A DNA stretch of 61,592 bases, taken from assembly GCA_964510455.1 (NCBI GenBank), contig CAZECO010000003.1, forward strand, positions 1-61,592. The letters are read 5' to 3'. Origin of the DNA: an uncultured Actinomycetes bacterium. Lineage in GTDB: Bacteria > Actinomycetota > Actinomycetes > S36-B12 > GCA-2699445. Positions 9,582-17,651 of this stretch are shown here, piece by piece (positions within the stretch are counted from its first letter, which is position 1; the number at the start of each line of letters is the position of its first letter). The position numbers were made by a program, and so were the translations under genes. The notes below the pieces were generated by a model. It was given only the letters and a program-made list of their open reading frames with translations. It was not told where the DNA came from and searched no databases.

Positions 9582-9889
9582 CCGGACACACCACTTGGTC
9601 CGACGTGCGCGAACAGCGCGGCACGACCCCGCAACGCCGCGCAGCAGCCCGCGAAGCCCTCGAGAACCAGATCGCCGGCTACCGCCTCGTCGAGCTGCGC
9701 AAGGCGCGTGGCCTGACCCAACAACAGGTTGCCACCACCATGGGGATCTCCCAACGCCGAGTCTCCGCGATCGAACGCGGCGACATCGACCGCTCCGAGC
9801 TGACAACCCTGCGCACGTACATCGAAGCTCTCGGCGGCCAGATCCACATCGTGGCAGAGTTCGACGACGTCACCACCCAGATCGCCTGA
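9578..9889 (+). CDS. XRE-family HTH antitoxin (HigA-like)
   Basis: 'LVELRKARGLTQQQVATTMGISQRRVSAIERG...LRTYIEALGG'; toxin-first gene order. Confidence 0.9.
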   Translation: MTGHTTWSDVREQRGTTPQRRAAAREALENQIAGYRLVELRKARGLTQQQVATTMGISQRRVSAIERGDIDRSELTTLRTYIEALGGQIHIVAEFDDVTTQIA

Positions 9890-9999
9890 TACCGCCCTCG
9901 CCAACGCCTGACGCGCCACCTGTCACTTGCGTCCCGTTCGGTCGAACTCACGTCCGAGCACGCTGGCAGATCGTCCCACGACACACCCCTTCCCCGTCG

Positions 10000-11478
10000 T
10001 TCTGGCGGAGGCTGCTCGACTGGTCGAGAAGGCACGCGAAGCTTTCCGCCACCGAGTGGGCCGCCCTCGACGTGGCCATCGCCGGGCTGGATGGTTTCAG
10101 CGACGACCAGGCCTACCGGGCGATGGACCTGCTGATCGGGGCCGACGCCACCGCGAAGGTGCAGGAGGCGGTGTTCTTCTCCGTGGCGAACCTGCTGAAC
10201 CTCGAGGTCGACCTGCTGATGTTCGACACGACGTCGTCGTACTTCGAGACCGACCGCCTGGACGAGGGGTTCCGCCGCCGCGGCCATTCCAAGGACCACC
10301 GCCCCGACCTGCCGCAGGTCGTCATCGGGCCGGCCGTGAGCAAGGAGGGGATCCCGGCGCGCTGCTGGTGCTGGCAGCCGGGGAACACCACCGACGTCTC
10401 GGTGCTGCCGGAGGTCCGCGACGGGATGCGGGACTGGAAGCTGGGCCGCGTGGTCACCGTGGCGGACCGCGGCTTCTCCTCCGATGCGAACCCGGCCTGC
10501 CTGCGGCGCGGCGGCGGGCACTGGATCGCCGGGGAGCGGATGCGCGACCGCAGCCCCGCCGCCGCCGCCGCGCTGGCCCGGCAGGGCCGGTTCACCCCCG
10601 TCGACGACCACCTGCTGGTCAAGGAGGCGAAGCTGGACTCCACCCCCGGGATCCGGTGGATCGTCTGCCTCAACCCCGCCGAAGCGGTCAAGGACAAGGC
10701 CACCCGGGAGAACGCGCTGGAACGGATCTCGGCGGAGCTGGACCGGATCGCCGCCGCCCGCGCCAAGACCGCCGCCGCGCTGGCCAGCGCCGGCGCCGCG
10801 AAGGCGAGTACCCGGCTGGAGGCGGAACTCGCCGGGCATGTGAAGGCCGAGTGCGCGCTGCGGGGACCACAAGGCGCTGGGCCGCTACCTGCGGCAGACC
10901 ACGACCGGGCGGCTCGTCATCGACCGTGCCAAGGTCGCGGCGGAGGAGAAGCTGGACGGCAAGTACCTGATCTCCACCTCCGACCCGCACCTGGCGCCCG
11001 CGGAGGCGGCGCTGGCGTACAAGAACCTGCTGGAGGCCGAGCGCGGCTTCCGGGACATGAAGTCCACCCTCGACCTGCGGCCGGTCTACCACCGCATCGA
11101 GCCCCGGATCCGCTCCCACGTGCTGATCTGCTGGCTGGCCCTGCTGCTGGTCCGCATCGCCGAGAACCGCACCGGCGCCACCTGGAACACCATCGCCGCC
11201 ACCATGCAGCGGCTGCACGAGATCACCCTCGCCGGACCCGCCGGCATCCTGGTGCAGAGCACCGACCCCACCCACGAGCAATCCGCGCTTCTCCGCGCCG
11301 GCAACGTGCCCCCGCCGGCCCGCCTGATGCGCGCAAACACGGCCTCACCCGCGTAAACACACCGCGGCGCACCCCTCCCGGGGCGTGGACACACGACCCC
11401 CCGCGCCGCACCAGCCGAAACCCGTTACCCCGCAAACACTATCGGCCAATCGCGTGACCACATCCTGCGGAACTCGGG
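10000..11478 (+). mobile_element. IS1634-family element, 5'-truncated, with a frameshifted transposase
   Basis: 'LLMFDTTSSYFE', 'GHSKDHRPDLPQVV', 'VVTVADRG', then a frameshift near 10862 into 'GKYLISTS...ERGFRDMKSTLDLRPVYHRIEPRIRSHVLIC'. The end reads CTGCGGAACTCGGG at 11465-11478. Confidence 0.85.
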
Positions 11479-11821
11479 TGCAGGGACCGCGATCCGCTGG
11501 CCAGCCCTTGTCCCCGGGTTAGAGCTGGCCAGAAGCCAAGAGGAGCAACACGCCGGTTCCTCTTGCAAACCTCCCCGCCTCGCCCGCCGCGCCCAGCCCC
11601 GGCAGTTCTGGACTGGCACGACTCTGTCCAGGCTGCTCCCACCCTGCGATCCCCGGATCCGGCTGCCTCCAGCTTCCCCCCCACCACTACGACTGCGGTC
11701 TCACACCTCCGTTCGAGCGCCTCGTGGCGCACCGGCTCGCTGCAACACCCCTACAAACTGACTGCATTTGTGCAATCACGGAAGAGTCCCAGGCGACTGC
11801 CGTCCACAAAGTCACGGCGGA

Positions 11822-12229
11822 CTACGTCCAGCGGGCCCCGGTGAGGCGACTCCCAATCTGCTCCTTCAAGCCCTCTGCAAAATGCTTGGGGACTATCGAG
11901 TCAGAGTTTTCAGTGTTGATCCAGTAGGTGCCGGTGAGGTGACCGTAATCGTTGAAGTCGACCTCGGCTCCCCACGTGGAGAGGCCACTGTTGGATCTGA
12001 CCCGGAGGGTAACGGTCATGCCGGATACGGCAACATCCTTGATCCGCGGCGTACGTTTTGCAGCATCGCTAGCCATCACAACGAACTCGCCCTGAGTGAT
12101 GCCCTCATCGAAGCAAAGCGGCGACTCCTTGCGGCGCTTCGTCTCTTTAGCATCCTTGTAGGCCGAGGTGGCGACGGCGGCGAGCACGACGGCACCAACG
12201 CCCACAGCCAGCTTTTCGACAAATCCCAT
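11822..12229 (-). CDS. Hypothetical protein with an N-terminal membrane anchor
   Basis: Hydrophobic N-terminus 'LAVGVGAVVLAAVA' followed by a globular-looking domain; visibly lower GC than the flanks. Confidence 0.6.
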   Translation of the reverse strand: MGFVEKLAVGVGAVVLAAVATSAYKDAKETKRRKESPLCFDEGITQGEFVVMASDAAKRTPRIKDVAVSGMTVTLRVRSNSGLSTWGAEVDFNDYGHLTGTYWINTENSDSIVPKHFAEGLKEQIGSRLTGARWT

Positions 12230-12339
12230 CTCGTACCCGATCGAAGTCGATTTTCCCAGAAAAGCATCTTACGCCTCGCAGCCCACTGACACGTTCTTTC
12301 CAAGAAGCGCCTGCGGGCCCCCATCGCGCCGCACTGACA

Positions 12340-12507
12340 GTGGATCAGTACCAAGCGGCGAAAGACCAGTTGCTCCGCTCCGCCTCGCACCGCCGCCAGA
12401 ACGACGCGTTCGCCCATCTGGATCGACTGGTGGAGCTCCATGAAGCTGGCATCCTGAGCGACGTCGAGTTCGGCGCCGCCAAGCTGAAGGTGCTTGGTCT
12501 GGCGTAG
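12340..12507 (+). pseudogene. Tandem SHOCT-domain C-terminal fragment or 55-aa mini-ORF
   Basis: Manual translation: (ALT)VDQYQAAKDQLL...AFAHLDRLVELHEAGILSDVEFGAAKLKVLGLA*. Below the ORF-track length cutoff. Confidence 0.65.
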
Positions 12508-12591
12508 ACCCGCCAGCGTTGTTGATGTGCCATCCAGGTGTGGGCTGAGTTAGGATCAAACTCCTTCTCCTTTCATAGGTGAGGGTTCTCA

Positions 12592-12624
12592 GAGGCGCCC
12601 CGGCCCTAGTGGCCGGGGCGCCTC
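12592..12624. terminator. 14-bp perfect GC-rich hairpin, probable intrinsic terminator
   Basis: GAGGCGCCCCGGCC-ctagt-GGCCGGGGCGCCTC. Confidence 0.6.
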
Positions 12625-12817
12625 CTGTTTCCGGGGCGGAAGCCCGCGTGGCACCAACAATCTGTCGAACGAGGCAGCGTGGAGAAGGGCGGGAAATCCA
12701 CTTGACGATCATCTCAAAAGTGATGTGATAACGCGGTTGGCTCTGAACTGAACGCCGATTTGGGGTTGGGGCTATTTGGCCCAACCTTGGACATCTCCGG
12801 ACGGATACTCTTCCGGC

Positions 12818-13333
12818 ATGCGCGTCATAGCTGCTACCACGCTCGCCGTAGTAATGACCCTCTCCGCTTGCGGATCCGACGAGCCTGCGAGTTCGCCTTC
12901 CAGCGGCGAACCGACAGCGACGCAGACAGAGACGCAGGGGGCGGAGGCGAAGTCTGCAACCGAGATCGGTAACGCGCTAATGGCCGAGATCCCTGAAATC
13001 TCCAATGTGGTCACGATCACCGAGGACAACGACCCGAACGACAAGATCGGCCGCCCGGGCGGTTACATCGACGGTGCGGTCATGTATGACTCGCGCGCCG
13101 AACCCCTCGGCGAAGAGCCCGGCGTAGACCAGGGTGCGTTCCTTGAGGTATGGCCAGACGAGGCTGCGGCCGCCGCCCGGGCGACGTTCATTCAGGACAC
13201 ACTCCAGGGCAGCGGCGGCGTCCTCGGCACCGAGTACCACTACCAGCACGAGGGGTACCTCTTGCGCGTCACGGGCAAGATCACTCCGTCCGAGGCGAAG
13301 GCGTACGAGTCCGCCTTCAACGCCCAGTTCTAG
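12818..13333 (+). CDS. Putative lipoprotein
   Basis: Signal peptide with lipobox LSAC, a Ser/Thr/Pro-rich linker, then a globular domain. Confidence 0.8.
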   Translation: MRVIAATTLAVVMTLSACGSDEPASSPSSGEPTATQTETQGAEAKSATEIGNALMAEIPEISNVVTITEDNDPNDKIGRPGGYIDGAVMYDSRAEPLGEEPGVDQGAFLEVWPDEAAAAARATFIQDTLQGSGGVLGTEYHYQHEGYLLRVTGKITPSEAKAYESAFNAQF

Positions 13334-13774
13334 TTGCTCGTGAGGGATGAGAACAAGATGATCGAGAGCGATATTCGCAACGGTGCCGGCTGCCCGGTGC
13401 CCGCCGCCGGGCAGGACGAGGACCTCCCGCGATCGACGTACAGGCCGCCGCGCGCGAGCTTCTGATGTTGGAAGGGCGCAAGTGGAATACCTTCGACCGC
13501 GCCGCTATCGACGCGGCGCCAGCGACTCCCACTGCTGGTGTCGGTCATTCAGCCGATCCTGAACTACTCGTTGCCAAACGTGGCTCGAGCCCGAGCTGGC
13601 CGCCCAACGCCGGCGAGGGCCTGTGGCCGGCGTTGGGCCTTGATCTAAGCCGAGCGCAGCCAGCAGTCTGCCCGCCGGGATCCGCGGTCGACCGGCGACA
13701 GTCGCAAAGGCGGATTTCAGCCCAGTTGGTGTACGGGTTGATGTACGAGGTCAATTTCGGGGGACTGCAAACCG

Positions 13775-13823
13775 CGAAATCCCTTGTCCCATAACACACT
13801 TGGTGCGTCCGGAGGGATTCGAA
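13775..13823 (-). other. att-like remnant: 3' end of a different tRNA (TTCGAATCCCTCCGGACGCACCA)
   Basis: T-loop, acceptor strand and CCA on the minus strand at 13801-13823. The adjacent CGAAATCCCTTG motif also occurs beside the Thr-type cores. Confidence 0.55.
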
Positions 13824-14062
13824 CTCCAAGCGACCGGGTCAAAGAGCCCTACCGTGCGCTCTTGGGCTACCGGCACGGTGTTCCGCACAGGGGACGAACT
13901 GGGGGATACACCCGAGGCCAGTCGGAGGATCGCCCGCCGACCCTGGAATCCCGGGGACGCATATGCCGCCCGGAGACCCGAGCCGCGCGCCCCGCGCGTC
14001 GGCCAAATGGGCAGCAGACGCTCAACGCGGACGAGTACAACGTGAGCCACACTCGCGCCTGT

Positions 14063-14359
14063 GACTCACAATGCGACGTTCATCAGCCTGCTCGAAGGTA
14101 CTGGCCTGGCCGAAATCCCTTGCCCCCCAACACATTTCACGAGAGCCGACGCGGGGACTCGAACCCCGAACCCCCTGTTTACAAGTCGACTCCACCCCTG
14201 TTCGCCCGCATCCGGCACCGTGCGTCGATGTACGCGAAATACGTTGCGGCACAAGGGGATTTCGTCCATCGTTGTCCGCTGGCGACCGGCGGCGTTCCGC
14301 GACGTTTATGCTCCGGAGGACTCACAGTTGACTCACACCCGACTCACGGATGACTCACA
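14063..14359 (-). other. attP-like site 2: tRNA-Thr(UGU) 3'-half core (14143-14185) with GACTCACA arm-type repeats
   Basis: The core's reverse complement is CTTGTAAACAGGGGGTTCGGGGTTCGAGTCCCCGCGTCGGCTC. Repeats occur at 14063, 14319, 14330, 14341 (GACTCACG) and 14352. Confidence 0.8.
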
Positions 14360-14519
14360 GGTGGGCGGCGCATGGCTGGCTCGATCTACCGCGTGTTTCC
14401 AGTTCGTCGACCTGCACGATGCCTGGTCGCGGTATCTCCCCCCTCATCGCCAAAAGCCGCTACACCCGCTACACCCGCTACAGACACCGACCAGGCACAC
14501 GCACGCCGAGACGGGGCCT

Positions 14520-15190
14520 GGCGCCGTAGCGGACGAAGCCCTATGCGGACCAGGAACCTGAGCATGAGGGTCTGGTCTTCGGGGTCGTGGTCGTTCATGA
14601 AGCCGTGCCCTGCGCCGGGGTAGATCTTGACGTCGTGCGGCACCTCGAAGCCGGTCAGCAGCCGGTCCAGGCGCCGGCCCGCCTTGTGCCCCAGCGGGGA
14701 CCGGTCGGCGCCGCCGAAGCTGCCGACGATCGGGCACGCCTGCGGCAGCCACTGCTCGGCGTCGGAGGGGCAGCCGCCGTAGTTGACGCTGGAACTGTCG
14801 AAGCCGCGGTCCGCCGCGGGCGCCAACGCGTAGCCCCGCCCTGCAGAAGCCGATGACGCCGACCATGCCGGTGCAGCCGTCGTGGCTGATCAGCCAGCGC
14901 CGGGCCGCGTCGATGTCGTCGAACGACCGGCCTCGGCGGACACCAAGGTCGCGCATGATGGTCCGCAGGCACCCCAGCCGGCTGCCCCAGTAGTACAGGT
15001 CCGGCGCCACCGCGAAGAACCCCTCGCTGGCCAGCCAGTCCGCCTGCGCCCGCAGGTCGTGGCTCATCCCGGTGAAGTCGTGGATCACCACGACGCCCGG
15101 CCAAGGCGGCGGCACCGTGGCCGGGCGGGCCACGTACGCGGGCATCGGTCCGTGCGGTGTGCGGATCTCGATGTCCTGCGCCGCGGTCAT
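14520..15190 (-). pseudogene. Dienelactone hydrolase family, frameshifted
   Basis: 'GVVVIHDFTG...GVIGFC', then a frameshift at the nucleophile elbow, continuing as 'VNYG...IYPGAGHGFMNDH'; the C-terminus degrades near the att-like site. Confidence 0.8.
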
Positions 15191-15293
15191 GGCCGCATTG
15201 TGCCCTCCGGGCACGCTGGCCAGCCTGGTGGAGCGCCGCGCGTACCGCCCACCTCGCCACGGACCCGCGAAATGGGCACTGGGCCGAGCGGTG

Positions 15294-15700
15294 TCAGGAT
15301 GCCGCTGCCGGCCCGATCCCGGCGCCGGCGAGGAAGGCGCGGACCTCGCGCCGGACCAGATCGCCCTGCCCGAGCAGGAGGTGCCCGCCGGACTCGCAGA
15401 TCAGGACCCGTGCCGCGGGGAGCCGGGTGGCGGAGTAGCGGACGACATCGGCGGTCAGGTACGGGTCGTCGGCGGCGGAGACCAGCATCACCGGCATCCG
15501 CAGGTCCTCGATGGGCAGGTCGGGGGCGATGGGTGTGGTCGTGCGCATGTCGTGGCCGAGCCCGACGTGCCGGGCGGCGGCGGGGAAGAACCACTCAACG
15601 ACGTTGCGGCGGAACTCTGGCGTGACCTCACCGGAGAGTGATCGGGGGACGCTAGCGACCCGGACCAGCGGGCCCGGGGGCGGGCCCGCCCGAGCCGCAG
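15294..15700 (-). pseudogene. Alpha/beta hydrolase C-terminal fragment
   Basis: 'MPVMLVSAADDPYL...ESGGHLLLG'; no N-terminal half upstream. Confidence 0.65.
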
Positions 15701-15743
15701 ATGCGCGGGGATGCCGACATGCCGAGATGGGCAGTCCCGGTAT

Positions 15744-15767
15744 TTACTACACTAGATACCGTGAATA
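15744..15767. promoter_or_regulatory. Candidate operator TTACTA-N12-TGAATA
   Basis: AT-rich 6-12-6 motif upstream of the HTH/nirK operon, similar to the sites at 21828 and 33021. Confidence 0.5.
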
Positions 15768-15810
15768 AACTGGTCGGCATGGAACAGCGTCGCCCGCACT
15801 TGGAGGGGCC

Positions 15811-16542
15811 TTGAGCGCCGCTCGCGGGCCCGCCCCCGTCCGCCGCAGCGCCGCCGCGCCCGACCTCTCGGCGGCGCGTGCGCGCCTGCTGGAGCACGTG
15901 CAGCAGCATCAGGGCGATCTCACCGTCGACGAGGTGGCCCGGGAGTTCGACCAGCACCCGAACACCGTGCGCGAGCACCTCGAGGCCCTGGTCGAGGGCG
16001 GCCTGGTGACCCGCGAGCGCATCGCCGGGCCGGGGCGCGGCCGCCCGGCCTGGCGCTACCGGGCCAGCCAGTCGCTGCGCGAGCCCGATCCGCGGGTGCG
16101 CGAGTACGGGGCGCTCGCCGGTGCGCTGGCGGCGCACATCGCGGCACACAGCCCGGATCCGCAGGCGGAGGCACGAACCGCGGGGGAGCGCTGGGGGCGG
16201 GCGCTGGTCGACGGCGGCGCGGGCGAAGCAGGCCTCGACCCCGCCGGCGTCAGGCGCGCGCCCCGTGGTCGGCCCGCCGCCCGGCGACGCGTCGTCGAAC
16301 TGTTGGCCGAGCTCGATTTCGGCCCGCGCGCCAACCGCGCCGACACAAGGATCGTGCTCACGACGTGCCCCCTGCTGGATGTCGCCAAGCGCCATCCCGA
16401 GGTGGTCTGCGCCGCGCACGAGGGAATGGTCGCGGGCGCACTGGACAGCCTGGGCGCGCCCTCCGACGGGGTCGCCCTCACGCCCTTCGGCGCCCCGGAC
16501 GGCTGCATCCTCGTCTTGCAAGCGCCCCGGGAGAGGCCGTGA
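15811..16542 (+). CDS. Winged-HTH transcription regulator with three C-terminal Cys (ArnR/SufR-like)
   Basis: HTH 'LTVDEVAREFDQHPNTVREHLEALV...GRGRPAWRY'; Cys spacing C-x13-C-x2-H-x28-C. Confidence 0.8.
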   Translation: MSAARGPAPVRRSAAAPDLSAARARLLEHVQQHQGDLTVDEVAREFDQHPNTVREHLEALVEGGLVTRERIAGPGRGRPAWRYRASQSLREPDPRVREYGALAGALAAHIAAHSPDPQAEARTAGERWGRALVDGGAGEAGLDPAGVRRAPRGRPAARRRVVELLAELDFGPRANRADTRIVLTTCPLLDVAKRHPEVVCAAHEGMVAGALDSLGAPSDGVALTPFGAPDGCILVLQAPRERP

Positions 16543-17651
16543 CCGCGCCGGCGATCACCGCCCGCGGACCCATCACGGCCGGCACGCGGACGACGATTCC
16601 CCGGCGCCGCCTGGTGCTTCTGGGCCTCGGTGGGATCAGCCTGCTGGCCGGGCTGAACGCGGGCCTGCTGCTTGCCGGCCTACCGGCCCCGATCCGCCTC
16701 GAACGGCTCGAGGCCGTGCACGGACCGCTGATGCTGCTGGGCTTCCTCGGCACCCTCATCGCCCTGGAGCGCGCCATCGCGCTGCGCACCCGGTGGGCGC
16801 TGCTGGCCCCGGGGCTGCTGGGCGGGGGCGGGCTCCTGCTCATCTCGCCGCTCCCGGAGTCCGCCGGCCACGCCGCCCAGACGCTGGGCGCGGCCGCGCT
16901 CTTCGGGGTGTACGCCGCGCTGTGGCGCCGCGGCGGGTCGGAGGCGCTGCTGATCCAGTGGCTCGGGTCGGTGCTCGCGGTGAGCTCGGCATTGCTGTGG
17001 TGGGCCGGGATCCCGACCGGTGCGATCCTGCCCTGCATCGCCGGATTCCTGGTGCTGACGATCGCCGGGGAGCGGCTGGAGTTGGCCCGCGTCGGCGGCC
17101 CGGACCCCGGGGCGGTGCGGCAGTTCGCGATCGCCACCACGCTGGCGGTCCCGCTCGCCGGGGCGGCGCTGCTGTGGCCCACGCCCGGCACGGAGCTGTT
17201 CGCCGGGACGCTGCTGGTCATCGCGGCCTGGTTGGCCCGACACGACGTGGCCGTGCGCCTCGTGCGGGGCACCGGGCTGCCGCGGTACGTGGCGGTGAAC
17301 ATCCTGGCCGGGATCGCGTGGCTGGCGGTCTGCGGGCTCACGCTCCTGCTGCTGGGTCCGCAGCACGACGGACCCGGGTACGACCTTGCGATCCACGCGG
17401 TCGGCCTGGGGTTCGCGATGTCGATGGTGCTGGCGCACGCCCCGATCATCCTGCCGGCGGTCCTGCTGCGGCCCCTGCCGTACCGGCCGGTCCTGTACGC
17501 CGCGACCGTGCTGCTGCAGGGCTCCCTGCTGCTGCGCGCCGCCGCGGATGTGCGCGAGCTCGGGTGGGCGTGGCAGGCCGGCAGCGCGCTCAACGTGGTC
17601 GCGGTGCTGGCGTTCCTGCTGATCTCCGTGACCCTGGTGGTGCGGCGATGA
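16539..17651 (+). CDS. Polytopic membrane protein with intramembrane His (NnrS-like)
   Basis: About 12 hydrophobic segments, 'HGPLMLLGFLGTLIALERA' and 'HAVGLGF..MVLAHAPIILP'. GTG overlaps the upstream stop. Confidence 0.75.
   Translation: MTAPAITARGPITAGTRTTIPRRRLVLLGLGGISLLAGLNAGLLLAGLPAPIRLERLEAVHGPLMLLGFLGTLIALERAIALRTRWALLAPGLLGGGGLLLISPLPESAGHAAQTLGAAALFGVYAALWRRGGSEALLIQWLGSVLAVSSALLWWAGIPTGAILPCIAGFLVLTIAGERLELARVGGPDPGAVRQFAIATTLAVPLAGAALLWPTPGTELFAGTLLVIAAWLARHDVAVRLVRGTGLPRYVAVNILAGIAWLAVCGLTLLLLGPQHDGPGYDLAIHAVGLGFAMSMVLAHAPIILPAVLLRPLPYRPVLYAATVLLQGSLLLRAAADVRELGWAWQAGSALNVVAVLAFLLISVTLVVRR

Noticed and set aside
13330-13548. Serine recombinase C-terminal remnant ('LYVDR..EVLVLPGGG')
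   Set aside because: It needs a frameshift, the match is short and no catalytic domain is present, so it cannot be supported without a search.
14319-14359. CRISPR array or simple microsatellite
   Set aside because: The repeats are 8 bp with 3-bp spacers, there are no cas genes, and their position relative to the tRNA core is fixed.
16121-17647. 1358-aa ORF as a single giant protein
   Set aside because: The first 509 codons overlap two real genes in other frames; the true start is the coupled ATG at 17648.
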